Assembly: GCA_050287085.1 (NCBI GenBank)
Contig: JBNKBE010000004.1
Span: 160,288-224,287, forward strand
Source of the DNA: Polyangiaceae bacterium
Lineage (GTDB): Bacteria > Myxococcota_A > Polyangia > Polyangiales > Polyangiaceae
Reading direction: 5' to 3'
DNA: 64,000 nucleotides
Under the pieces are notes generated by a model. It saw only the letters and a list, made by a program, of their open reading frames with translations, was not told the origin of the DNA and did not search any database. This document shows positions 29,898-39,805 of this stretch, in pieces. Position 1 is the stretch's first letter, and each line of letters starts with the position of its first letter. A program made the position numbers and the translations under genes.

Positions 29898-31397
29898 TCA
29901 GAAGTGCTTCTTACGCTTTGAGGATGAGAGGATGCCCAGCATCTCTCGATACTTTGCAACAGTTCGGCGGGCGATCTTTATTCCCGATTGCGCTTCGAGC
30001 AGCTTGACGATCGCTTGGTCGCTGTAGGGATTCGACTTTTCTTCTTCGTCGATGAGCTTCTTGATCGCCTGTTTGACACTTTCGCTTGCGATGTCTTCGT
30101 CGGCGACGCGGCGAATACTGGAATTGAAGAAGTACTTCAGTTCAAATAGCCCTTGCGGAGTGTGAACGTACTTGTTCGTCGTGACGCGTGAGATCGTCGA
30201 TTCATGCATCCCCACGTCGTCAGCGACGTCTCGCAAGATCATCGGTCGAAGTGCCCCCACTCCTTTCTCGAAGAAGTCGCGTTGCATCTTCACGATGCAC
30301 TCTGTCACTCGAATGATCGTCTTGTGTCGCTGCTCGATGGCACGGATCAGCCACAGAGCGTTCTTCAATTTCTCTTCGACAAACTCCTTGGCACTAGGGT
30401 CTCGCAGCAGTTTCTCCTTCAATGCCTCGTTGATCTGGAGTCGCTGCAGGCCGCGATCATTGTCGACGACTCGAAAGTCGTCCCCGTCTCGAACAACGTA
30501 GACGTCCGGAGTGATCGCTATGCTGCGTTCGTCGATATCGCTGAAGTTCCGAGCCGGGCGGCTTTCGAGCTTCTGGATTTCTTTGGCCGCTTCGTAGACC
30601 TCTTCCAGCGGCAACTTCAGATCCTTGGCTATCGCCGGATAGTTGTGTCGTTCGAGGTTGCCCATATGATCGTGCAAGATCTGGATCTCGATATCCTCGT
30701 ACCCGTAGGCTTTGGCCTGGACGAGTAGACACTCGCGCAAATCGCGAGCCGCGACGCCAAGGGGATCGAAGTTCTGAATCATTTCGAGGACGAGCGGAGC
30801 GTCCTCGGGATCGAGGCCCACTTCCGTGGCCAGATCTTCGATCGTCAAGTCGGGCGTGCGCGTGCCGTCGGGGCGCTCGACACCCGCCAGATCCAGGTAG
30901 CCGCGCTCATCAAGATTACCGATCACGAGCTCACCGAACATGCGCTCGACATCGGTGAAGTCACCTAGCTGCAGCTGCCAGAGCAGATGCTCCTGCAACG
31001 ACTCCGATCGCGTTAGGTTCTGTTCGATCGGCGGCAGGTCATCATTGCCCCCCGGTCGTTGTCCTCCACCCGGCTGCTGCTGGGTGCGGTTCTCGAGAAA
31101 CTTCTCCCAATCGACCTCCTTGGCCGCCTTCTCCCCTTCACGCCCCTCTTCGGTTTGGGTGTAGCGCTCTTTTTCTTGAAGCTGCGCTGCTTCTACCTGT
31201 GGCGCTTCGCGGGTGCGGCCCGGGTTCTTCGGATCGGTCGTATCGGGATCGTCGGTCAGGATGGGGTTGCCATCCAACTCTTTGCGAACCTCATCCACCA
31301 ACTCAAGGCGCGACAGTTGCAGCAAGCGGATCGCCTGCTGAAGCTGGGGCGTCATCACCAGCTGTTGGCTCAATTTGAGTTGTTGTTTGAGTTCCAT
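29898..31397 (-). CDS. rpoN: RNA polymerase sigma-54 factor
   Basis: Region I MTPQLQQAIRLLQLS, HESTISRVT and the RpoN box ARRTVAKYRE. Confidence 0.98.
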   Translation of the reverse strand: MELKQQLKLSQQLVMTPQLQQAIRLLQLSRLELVDEVRKELDGNPILTDDPDTTDPKNPGRTREAPQVEAAQLQEKERYTQTEEGREGEKAAKEVDWEKFLENRTQQQPGGGQRPGGNDDLPPIEQNLTRSESLQEHLLWQLQLGDFTDVERMFGELVIGNLDERGYLDLAGVERPDGTRTPDLTIEDLATEVGLDPEDAPLVLEMIQNFDPLGVAARDLRECLLVQAKAYGYEDIEIQILHDHMGNLERHNYPAIAKDLKLPLEEVYEAAKEIQKLESRPARNFSDIDERSIAITPDVYVVRDGDDFRVVDNDRGLQRLQINEALKEKLLRDPSAKEFVEEKLKNALWLIRAIEQRHKTIIRVTECIVKMQRDFFEKGVGALRPMILRDVADDVGMHESTISRVTTNKYVHTPQGLFELKYFFNSSIRRVADEDIASESVKQAIKKLIDEEEKSNPYSDQAIVKLLEAQSGIKIARRTVAKYREMLGILSSSKRKKHF

Positions 31398-31665
31398 CGG
31401 CAAGGCAGAGGCCTCGCGACTTTCGCGAGGGCAACAACAGGCAGTCTAACACCCACGCAGGATTCGTCAGCGGAAAGCCCGGGAAATCGGCGAGTCCAAC
31501 GAGCAAGCTCAGAACCGGGCCGGCTCAACGAACGAAAACGCTAGGGGCTGGGCCGTATGCCTAGAAGGCACCCCCTCTTCTTGGGTCGTGGGACGGCTCA
31601 CACTTGTCTACAGGCGGGCGGGACCTGCCGAAAAGTTCTAACCGAGTATTGCGGGGTCCTACCAT

Positions 31666-33990
31666 GTGCGGGTCATGCCTGCTCTGCACGTCGTTCGCCC
31701 TCAGGGGGTACGCTTGGTCCACCCTGCCCTGATTGAATTCCTGGGGCTCTTTCAGGCTCGTGCGGTGCTTCAGTCGAGCTCGGCCGAACTCGGCTCAGAG
31801 CAGGTTGCGTCGCTGCTTGCAGACGTCGCGTTGGGGGCGCGCGAGCTCTACGAAGCGGGCAAGACGGGCTGTTCAGTACCCATTGATCTGGGCCGGGAGA
31901 GCTGGGAGCTCGGACTGCGCGCCGACGGTACCGACCTGCTGGTGAGCCTATTTCGGCAAGGGCCAATCGCCGAGGTGGCGGTATTTCGCACCCGCATTGC
32001 CCAGGCAGCCTTCCGGGATGGCATGCGACGTTGCATGGCCATGGTTTTGGAAGCCGAATCGAAGGCACCCGCCAGCGTCGAGGCAGCCGTGGCGTTGGCC
32101 AGGCGGGCTGTCGACGGCGTCGAGGGCCACCGGGCTCCACGACCCGTGGTGATGCGCGACGTCGAAGCCGAGGGCGACGGCCTCGCCCTAAGCGCTTCAA
32201 TCACCTTGGACGTACCCACCCCGGCGCGGCCGGTGCAGAGCTTGATCGAACGCGCTGATCTCCACGTGCTCCTAGGGGTCGGGCGGGTTTGTTTGCGAGT
32301 GGGCTCCAAAAGCATCCTCTGCCCGGCCGCTCAGATCTTTCTCGACGCCGAACGGTTGCTCACCCTGGCGCATGAGGCTCAGGACGCCAGCGAGATGCGG
32401 GCCCTGACCTTCCGCCGCATTCAGCTCTCCCAGGCGCGGGTGACGCTGCGAACGCTGCATCGAGAGCCTCCTGAGGGCCACCTCGATGCGCCGGCGGGAA
32501 GTGGGCAGGCGACGCCCGGGGCGATGATCGAAGTGCGCGTCCTCGGCGTTGGCAGTGAGTCGGCGCCGGTCGCATTGGCTCACGTATCGGCTTCTGCATT
32601 CGTCGAGACCGTTGTTGCCTTCTGCTTGGCGCTGGGCGACGTGCTTCTCGACAACGACCCGGCGCAGGTCCACAACCTGCGTCTTTCCAACTTTCTCCGC
32701 GACGGGCGTGCTCTGCGAGAACGTCTGGGGCGGCGAGAGGCAGAGGGGGCGCTCTGCAATCCCGACCCGGAGAGCTACCGTCGTTTCGTTCCCCGCCTGC
32801 GACGCACGCGAGGTGTGTGGGACTCCGGGGGTCGCATGCGCTTTGCGGCCCGCTGGGTGGCCACCATGCCCGCCATCGACTTGGCCGCGACATTTCTATG
32901 CGGCGACCACCTCATGGTCGGCGGTGCCCATGAAACAGCCTGCCTCGAGCGGCGTTCGGGCACTGTGCTTTGGAAGCGACCCCTTCGCCCGGCCGCTTCG
33001 GTGGTCACTCCAGCCGGCTTGGTACGAATCGAACCTGACGGAATCTTGACTTCGCACGACCTGCTCACAGGGCAGCCTCGTTTCGTCCAACAGGTTGCGC
33101 CTCGCGGCAGCGGGCGGGCCAGCGGCTCTGCGATCTTCGGCGCCGGGTTACCCAGGCTATTGGCGCTGACCGAAGGCGACCGTCAGGTTTCGGCCATCGA
33201 TCTTGGCTCGGGTGAAGTGCGATGGCGCTATACGAGCCGGCATGAGGGTAACTTTCGTCTGCGGCGCTCCGGCCGCCTGCTCTTTGTCGCAGGGGGAGCT
33301 CCGGTGATCGTGGCGCTCGACGCGGTTAGCGGAGAAGTCGTCTGGCGCATCACTGGTAGCGCACCGTTTCTCGGCGAGCTGGCCGTCGATCGCGATAGTG
33401 CCTACGCTCTCAGCGGTTCGGGGGGCGATTTCGAGGTACTGCAGCTCGACCCGTTTACGGGACGGACAGGGTGGCGAGTCCAACTGCCCGAGCGTGCGCT
33501 AACAGCTCGCGGGCCACTGCTGACGCCGAAGGCGGTGGTGGTGATCACGTGTGAGGACGAGGGACTTGGCGCGGTGGCCTTCGACCGCGCAACCGGACGG
33601 GTGCTTTGGGAACAAGTACCGGGTCTCGTGGCTCGCGAGACAGCGTTCTTGGCGGTGGATGATTGCATCATCGCCAATAGCGCCGCCGGTGTGTTGCTCG
33701 GCGTGGACGCGGGCAACGGTCACGTCCGATACAATCACGTATTCGGCTCAGCGACGGAGGGTGATCAGCCTCGACGGCTGGAGCCGGTCTTGCGCAACGG
33801 GGCCCTATTTGTGCCGCAGTGCCAGGTGCATGTAGTTCGGCCTCGGGATGGCGAGCTGCTCGGGACTTTGCCTTCAGACCTAGTGCCGGACTTGGTGCGC
33901 GTGGATGAGAACTGCCACGTCTACGTGGCTGAAGAGAGCGGTCACTTGGCTGCGTTTGGTGCGGCTCCTAGGCTTGCGCTCGTGTCCTAG
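31666..33990 (+). CDS. PQQ-like beta-propeller protein with an unknown N-terminal domain
   Basis: C-terminal propeller repeats (CLERRSGTVLWK, AIDLGSGEVRWRY, ALDAVSGEVVWR, AFDRATGRVLWE). No obvious signal peptide. Confidence 0.75.
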   Translation: MRVMPALHVVRPQGVRLVHPALIEFLGLFQARAVLQSSSAELGSEQVASLLADVALGARELYEAGKTGCSVPIDLGRESWELGLRADGTDLLVSLFRQGPIAEVAVFRTRIAQAAFRDGMRRCMAMVLEAESKAPASVEAAVALARRAVDGVEGHRAPRPVVMRDVEAEGDGLALSASITLDVPTPARPVQSLIERADLHVLLGVGRVCLRVGSKSILCPAAQIFLDAERLLTLAHEAQDASEMRALTFRRIQLSQARVTLRTLHREPPEGHLDAPAGSGQATPGAMIEVRVLGVGSESAPVALAHVSASAFVETVVAFCLALGDVLLDNDPAQVHNLRLSNFLRDGRALRERLGRREAEGALCNPDPESYRRFVPRLRRTRGVWDSGGRMRFAARWVATMPAIDLAATFLCGDHLMVGGAHETACLERRSGTVLWKRPLRPAASVVTPAGLVRIEPDGILTSHDLLTGQPRFVQQVAPRGSGRASGSAIFGAGLPRLLALTEGDRQVSAIDLGSGEVRWRYTSRHEGNFRLRRSGRLLFVAGGAPVIVALDAVSGEVVWRITGSAPFLGELAVDRDSAYALSGSGGDFEVLQLDPFTGRTGWRVQLPERALTARGPLLTPKAVVVITCEDEGLGAVAFDRATGRVLWEQVPGLVARETAFLAVDDCIIANSAAGVLLGVDAGNGHVRYNHVFGSATEGDQPRRLEPVLRNGALFVPQCQVHVVRPRDGELLGTLPSDLVPDLVRVDENCHVYVAEESGHLAAFGAAPRLALVS

Positions 33991-36020
33991 CGTTGGGCCG
34001 GCGCCTCACCGCTCAGGACTTCGAGCAGTTCGAGCTCCGACAATAACCGAACCCCGAGTTTCTTCGCTTTCTTGGTTTTTGCACTTTCAGAAGACGGATC
34101 TGCAATCACCAGGTAGGTCAGTCCCTCGGCCACTTTGTCGACGAGCTTGATGCCCGCGGCGGCCAGGGGCTCCTCGTAGTCCTTCTTCTTTTTTCCGCTC
34201 GGTAGCCGGCCGCTGATGCAGAGGGTCGGCTGGCTTGTCGTCTCCGCGGCGGCGGCAGCTGCACCTGGGCCGGTGATGGTCACCCCCCGCTCTAGGAGCT
34301 TGGCGATTAGGGGCGCTTGCTGGTCCAGGGCGTCTTGGATCAACATCCCCAGATTGGGGACCCCGACGCGGGCCGAGAAGTCAGTGTCGCGGAGTTTGCC
34401 CTCCTGCCATTGCTCCAAGGTGTCGAGCTCCCCACGCGCGGCTTGGATCATCATCTCCACGCGGCGCTTCCCCAAGCGATCGAGACCGAGCGAACCGAGC
34501 AGCTCCACGAGCGTGAGCTGCTTTCTCGCTTCCAGGTTCTGCAGAATGGAAGTTGCTCGCTTCTCGCCCAGATGTAGGTCCGCGTCAACGTTGATGGTGA
34601 GCGAAGCCAGAGCGTCTTTGCGATGCTCTAGGGCATATAGATCCGCTGCGTCTTCAACCTGTAGCTCGGATACGAGCGCGCGCAGAACGACATCGCCGAT
34701 GCCCTGGATATCCAGCGCTTTGACCCACCGTTTGATCTTGCCCAACGACTTGGCGTCGCAGTCGTCGTTGGCGCACTCGAGCACCACGCCCGCGTCTCCG
34801 CCTGTGTTCACTCGACGGCGAACGTCTCCGCCGCACGCGGGGCATAGGACGGGTATCGCGATCGGACGACGGCTTTCCGGACGAACTACAACGTGGGTGA
34901 TCTTGGGAATGATATCGTTGGCCTTGATCAGCCAAACCCGATCGCCCACGGCCACGTTCAAACGCTCGATTTCATCCCAATTGTTGAGCAGGGCGTTTTG
35001 CACGGTGGTTCCCCCAATCTCAACGGGGGCCAGGTGCGCGGTCGGGATCAGCGCGCCGGTATGTCCCACTGAAACGGAGTAGTCGAGCAGCTCCGTTTCG
35101 GCCCCTTGGGAGTCGAACTTCCAGGCCACTTGGCCCTTTGGACGATTGGCAACGACGCCGAGTGCACGTTGCAAAGCCAAGTCCTCCACCTTGAACACGA
35201 CGCCGTCGATCCACATCGGCAGCTTCTGTCTGGTAGCTGTTACATGCTCGAAATAGGCGGCGGCGGCCTCCAGCGAGGGGCAGAGCCGGTTCGGAATGAC
35301 GTTGAAGCCAAGTGTTTGGAGGCGTTCGACCTTGGCGGTTTCGGTTTCGAGCGGAGGCGCTTCGGGCGTGCGGTCATCGATATCAAACGCGAAGGCCGTC
35401 AGGCGCTCAGCTTCCGCGCCATTCTTTCGTCCCATGATCCCGTTGCCTCGATTTCTGGGATTCTTGCTCTGCTCTGGATCGATCGCGCTCCAGTCGCTGA
35501 CGAGCAGAATGACCTCAAAGCGCACGGCGCCCGTAAATCCTCGGCCATCTGAGTCGTGGGCGCGCAGCGGCAGGCCACGAAACTTCGCTGCGTTGGCGGA
35601 GATGTCCTCGCCCTCGAAGCCGTCTCCTCGCGTGATCGCTTGAACTAGACTGCCGTCCGAATAATACGCGGCAGCGCTGGCGCCATCCCCCTTGAGGCTG
35701 GCATGCAGCGCCGGCCGAGTATCGATCTCGGCCGTCTGGCGGTTGATGGTGGTGTACCAAGTCTCGAGTTCGGCCAGGCTGTTAACCTTGTTCTGGCTTC
35801 CCATCGGCATGGTGTGCTGTGCCTTTGCCAGAATTGAATCAGCGGGCACTGGCGCCCCGACCATCGCCAGCACTGGGGATTTCGGAGCCAGCGAGCGCAA
35901 CTCGTCTTCGCGGGCGTCGTACTCCTGGTCGCTGAGGATCGGGCTGTCGCCGTGGTAATACGCCTGCTTCGCTTTTAGCAGGATATTCTCCAACTCCGTG
36001 ACGCGCGCATTGGGCTTCAT
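33987..36020 (-). CDS. ligA: NAD-dependent DNA ligase (divergent)
   Basis: YYHGDSPILSDQEYD, adenylation motif KGDG, TRGDG, NPRN, IDGVVFK, C4 zinc finger, HhH motifs and C-terminal BRCT. Confidence 0.9.
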   Translation of the reverse strand: MKPNARVTELENILLKAKQAYYHGDSPILSDQEYDAREDELRSLAPKSPVLAMVGAPVPADSILAKAQHTMPMGSQNKVNSLAELETWYTTINRQTAEIDTRPALHASLKGDGASAAAYYSDGSLVQAITRGDGFEGEDISANAAKFRGLPLRAHDSDGRGFTGAVRFEVILLVSDWSAIDPEQSKNPRNRGNGIMGRKNGAEAERLTAFAFDIDDRTPEAPPLETETAKVERLQTLGFNVIPNRLCPSLEAAAAYFEHVTATRQKLPMWIDGVVFKVEDLALQRALGVVANRPKGQVAWKFDSQGAETELLDYSVSVGHTGALIPTAHLAPVEIGGTTVQNALLNNWDEIERLNVAVGDRVWLIKANDIIPKITHVVVRPESRRPIAIPVLCPACGGDVRRRVNTGGDAGVVLECANDDCDAKSLGKIKRWVKALDIQGIGDVVLRALVSELQVEDAADLYALEHRKDALASLTINVDADLHLGEKRATSILQNLEARKQLTLVELLGSLGLDRLGKRRVEMMIQAARGELDTLEQWQEGKLRDTDFSARVGVPNLGMLIQDALDQQAPLIAKLLERGVTITGPGAAAAAAETTSQPTLCISGRLPSGKKKKDYEEPLAAAGIKLVDKVAEGLTYLVIADPSSESAKTKKAKKLGVRLLSELELLEVLSGEAPAQR

Positions 36021-36285
36021 ACTCGCGCTTGTTTACTGTGCGACTTTGCGGTGCAAAAGGAGTGGTCGGCGGCCATGAGGCCGGTCGACCGAGAGCCCGC
36101 TTTGGAGGCCTGCAAGAGCGAGATAGCGGAGCTCCGGGCCGGGGCTCGCTCCCCGCGACTGGTTAACCGGCGGCCTCAGTTCCAAGACGGGAGCGACCCC
36201 ACGTTGGCCGGGCGAGGATTTGACAGGGTGAGGTCTCGGTTGTAACCCAACGCGGCTTTCCCCACCCTCGCCAAAGGTTCCCATC

Positions 36286-39069
36286 GTGAGCGCAGCCAAG
36301 TCGTTGGTCATCGTCGAGTCCCCCGCCAAAGCCAAGACCATTGCGGGCTTTTTGGGCTCGAAATATATCGTGGAGTCGTCCATTGGCCACGTTCGCGATC
36401 TACCCCGAAACGCTGGCGCAGTTCCGGCCGCCTATAAGAAGACGAGCTGGGGGCGTCTAGGAGTTGATGTCGACAATGACTTCAAGCCCTTATACGTCGT
36501 AGACGCCGACAAGAAAGACCACATCAAGCGCTTGCAGGCCCTGGTCAAGGACGCCTCTGAACTCTATCTGGCGACCGACGAGGACCGCGAGGGGGAATCG
36601 ATCGCTTGGCACCTCCTGGAGGTGTTGAAGCCCAAGATTCCGGTTCGGCGCATGGCCTTCCACGAGATCACGAAGAAGGCGATTCAACAGGCGATTCAGA
36701 ATCCCCGGGAAATCGATCGTCGCTTGGTGGACGCCCAGGAGGCACGCCGTATTCTCGATCGTCTTTACGGCTACGAGGTTTCCCCCGTTCTTTGGAAGAA
36801 GGTGATGCCGAAGCTCTCGGCAGGGCGGGTGCAGAGCGTGGCGACCCGCATCGTCGTCAACCGAGAGGCGGAGCGAATGGCGTTCGTTCCGGCGGGTTAC
36901 TGGGACATCACCGGTCAGTTTTCGACCGAGCAAGGGGACTTCGAAGCCGCCCTGAGCACTGTCGATGGGGAACGGGTTGCAAGCGGCAAGGACTTTGACG
37001 CTCGCGGTCAGCTCGAGCGGGAGGGGGTGCGCCGGCTGTCGGAGGCGCAGGCCAAGGAGCTCGCTCTTGCGCTCCAAGGCGTCCCTTTTGTAGTCACCGG
37101 GCTCGAGGAAAAGCCGAATCGTCGCTCCCCTGCTCCCCCTTTCATGACTTCGACCTTGCAGCAGGAGGCCGGGCGCAAATTGCGAATGAGCTCGTCCCGT
37201 GCGATGCGTGCTGCGCAGACGCTCTACGAGCGAGGCTTCATCACCTACATGCGTACCGACAGCACCACGCTTTCGGAAGCCGCCATCACGGCGTCACGCA
37301 CGCTGATAGCCAAGCAATACGGTCCGGACTACCTGCCCGCGAAGCCGCGCCTGTACAAGAATAAGGTCAAGAACGCACAGGAAGCGCACGAGGCGATCCG
37401 TCCCGCGGGTGACGAGTTTCAGATGCCTGCAGCGGTGGCCCAACAAGTCGGGGCCGATGAGGCTCGGCTTTACGAGCTGATTTGGAAGCGCACCGTGGCC
37501 TGCCAGATGGAAGACGCGCGGGGACAGAGCGTCAAATTGACGGTCTCGGCCAAGGCGTTGGGACAAGACGTCGACTTTTCCGTGACGGGCAACACCATCA
37601 CCTTTCCAGGTTTTCTCCGTGCCTACGTCGAAGGTAGCGATGATCCAGAGGCGGAGCTGGAGGGGCGGGAGAAGCACCTGCCCGCGGTGGTCAAGGGGCA
37701 ATCGGTACAGGCGAAGACGCTCGAAGCACTCTCCCACGAGACGCAGCCACCAGCCCGGTTCACGGAAGCGTCGCTCGTCAAGCGTCTCGAAGAGCTCGGG
37801 GTTGGGCGGCCATCGACCTATGCGTCGATCATCTCGACCATTATCAATCGGGGCTACGTCTGGAAGAAAGGCACAGCGCTCGTTCCGAGCTTCAAGGCAT
37901 TTGCCGTCAATCGCTTGCTCGAGAAGCATTTTGGGGCGCTTGTTGACTACTCCTTCACCGCCAAGATGGAGGACGAATTGGACGCAATCGCCGCTGGCAG
38001 CGAGGAGGCGACGCCCTGGCTACGGCGCTTCTACTTTGGCTCAGAGCAGCAAAGCGAGAGCCACAACGGCCTTTCGGGCGGGCTGCGTTCACTGGTTGCC
38101 GAGCGGCTCGAAGAGATAGACGCTCGCGCCATCAACTCGCTGCATCTGGGGGTGGATCCGCAGGGCGATGATATCGTGGTGCGCGTCGGCCGCTATGGGC
38201 CCTACCTGCAGCGTGGCGAAGACACGGCCAATGTTCCCGAAGATCTGCCCCCTGATGAGCTGACCGTTCCAAAGGCGGTCGAGTTGCTGGCGCAGCCGAG
38301 TGGCGACCGCTTGCTCGGCACCGATCCGGATTCGGGCCTTCCGGTCTATGCACGTTCCGGGCGTTTTGGTAGCTACGTTCAGCTGGGAGAGGCCGGAGGC
38401 AAAGAGAAGCCGCGAACGGGCTCGCTGCTCAAGAGCATGAGCATCGACACGGTCACGCTGGACGAGGCTGTGCAGATGCTTTCCCTGCCCCGCCTCATCG
38501 GGCAACATCCGGAAAGCGGCGATCCTATCACCGCACAGCTGGGGCGCTTTGGGCCCTACATCACTCACGGCACCGACAGTCGCAGTCTAGAGAGCGAACA
38601 GGAGGTCTTTTCGACGACGCTCGAACAGGCCTTGGCACTGCTCAAGCAGCCGAAGCAGCGCGGCCAGCGCGCGGCAAAGCCTCCCCTCAAGGAACTCGGC
38701 CCGGATGCCGTGTCGGGCAAGCCTATTGTGGTCAAAGAGGGTCGCTTTGGCCCCTACGTGACCGACGGCGAAGTCAATGCTTCGCTGCGCAAGGACGACG
38801 ACATCGAGACCTTGACGCAGGCGCGGGCCGAAGAACTCCTCCAGGCGCGGCGCGAACGGGCGCCGGTGCGCAAGAAGACGACCAAGAAGAAAGCAGCCAA
38901 GAAAGCCACGGCCCAGAAGGTCGCCAAGAAAGCCACGGCCAAGAAGGTTGCCAAGAAAGCTGCCGCCAAGAAGGCCACGGCCAAGAAGGTCACCAAGAAA
39001 GCCACCGCTAAGAAAGCGGCGAAGAAGAAGGCGACCAAGAAGAGCCCCCCCACGAGCGGCGAGCCCTGA
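36286..39069 (+). CDS. topA: Type IA DNA topoisomerase I with C-terminal repeats and a Lys/Ala-rich tail
   Basis: LVIVESPAKAKTI, LATDEDREGE, SAGRVQS, ITYMRTDS, AQEAHEAIRP, four GR(Y/F)G(P/S)Y repeats and a KKA-rich tail. Confidence 0.98.
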   Translation: MSAAKSLVIVESPAKAKTIAGFLGSKYIVESSIGHVRDLPRNAGAVPAAYKKTSWGRLGVDVDNDFKPLYVVDADKKDHIKRLQALVKDASELYLATDEDREGESIAWHLLEVLKPKIPVRRMAFHEITKKAIQQAIQNPREIDRRLVDAQEARRILDRLYGYEVSPVLWKKVMPKLSAGRVQSVATRIVVNREAERMAFVPAGYWDITGQFSTEQGDFEAALSTVDGERVASGKDFDARGQLEREGVRRLSEAQAKELALALQGVPFVVTGLEEKPNRRSPAPPFMTSTLQQEAGRKLRMSSSRAMRAAQTLYERGFITYMRTDSTTLSEAAITASRTLIAKQYGPDYLPAKPRLYKNKVKNAQEAHEAIRPAGDEFQMPAAVAQQVGADEARLYELIWKRTVACQMEDARGQSVKLTVSAKALGQDVDFSVTGNTITFPGFLRAYVEGSDDPEAELEGREKHLPAVVKGQSVQAKTLEALSHETQPPARFTEASLVKRLEELGVGRPSTYASIISTIINRGYVWKKGTALVPSFKAFAVNRLLEKHFGALVDYSFTAKMEDELDAIAAGSEEATPWLRRFYFGSEQQSESHNGLSGGLRSLVAERLEEIDARAINSLHLGVDPQGDDIVVRVGRYGPYLQRGEDTANVPEDLPPDELTVPKAVELLAQPSGDRLLGTDPDSGLPVYARSGRFGSYVQLGEAGGKEKPRTGSLLKSMSIDTVTLDEAVQMLSLPRLIGQHPESGDPITAQLGRFGPYITHGTDSRSLESEQEVFSTTLEQALALLKQPKQRGQRAAKPPLKELGPDAVSGKPIVVKEGRFGPYVTDGEVNASLRKDDDIETLTQARAEELLQARRERAPVRKKTTKKKAAKKATAQKVAKKATAKKVAKKAAAKKATAKKVTKKATAKKAAKKKATKKSPPTSGEP

Positions 39070-39072
39070 GCT

Positions 39073-39753
39073 GTGACGACGAGCCCCCTGATAGGCCTAT
39101 CGGTGTGCCTCGATGCGGGGCGCCGGCTGCGCGCAGGCCGAGACTACTTGTACGTGGCTCGAGCCTACGGACGAGCCGTTGAGCGTGCAGGCGGCAGTCC
39201 TGTGCTGCTCACGCCCGAGACTCGAGTGGAAACCTTCGAGCGATTCGACGGCATCATCATCACGGGGGGCGACGATCTTCCGACTTCTTTTTCCGCTCCG
39301 GAGCCAGGTCCGGCGCTTGGCGCGCCTGAGGATCCGCAGAGGATAGCCTGGGATCGTCGCCTGCTCGATGGTTTGCTGGGGCGCCGTCCCGTTCTTGGTA
39401 TTTGTTACGGCATGCAGTTGCTCAATCTGCACCTGGGCGGCACGCTCTATCGCTCCCTGGCGGAGAGTGTTCCGGGCGCCTTGGACCACGGCGGTGGCGG
39501 TCGGCTTACGACCCATCGCGCGCGCCGGCTCGTAGCTGATCCGTCGCTCGGAACGTTGCCCGAGGAGTTCTCAATCAACTCGTGTCACGGTCAAGCGGTC
39601 GCGAGCCTTGCGCAGGGGCTGAGAGCGACCGCACGATCGGAAGACGGAGTTATTGAGGCGTATGCAGGTGCGGGGGCAGTCGGAATCGAGTGGCATCCTG
39701 AGACCGATCCCACGAGCGCTACAATATTCGATGCCTTCGTCGCCGCTTGTTAG
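39073..39753 (+). CDS. Peptidase C26 / gamma-glutamyl-gamma-aminobutyrate hydrolase family
   Basis: GIIITGGDD, PVLGICYGMQLLN, NSCHGQAV and GIEWHPE. Confidence 0.88.
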   Translation: MTTSPLIGLSVCLDAGRRLRAGRDYLYVARAYGRAVERAGGSPVLLTPETRVETFERFDGIIITGGDDLPTSFSAPEPGPALGAPEDPQRIAWDRRLLDGLLGRRPVLGICYGMQLLNLHLGGTLYRSLAESVPGALDHGGGGRLTTHRARRLVADPSLGTLPEEFSINSCHGQAVASLAQGLRATARSEDGVIEAYAGAGAVGIEWHPETDPTSATIFDAFVAAC

Positions 39754-39805
39754 GGCCCGGATGGCATAGTCAGTCGTGAGCCGGTCGAGACAGCCGTGAG
39801 CGTGC

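Noticed and set aside
14612..39069. A dedicated terminus DNA-maintenance cluster (imuABC, ligA, topA near dif)
   Set aside because: The genes are separated by unrelated operons, so proximity alone is not evidence of a system.
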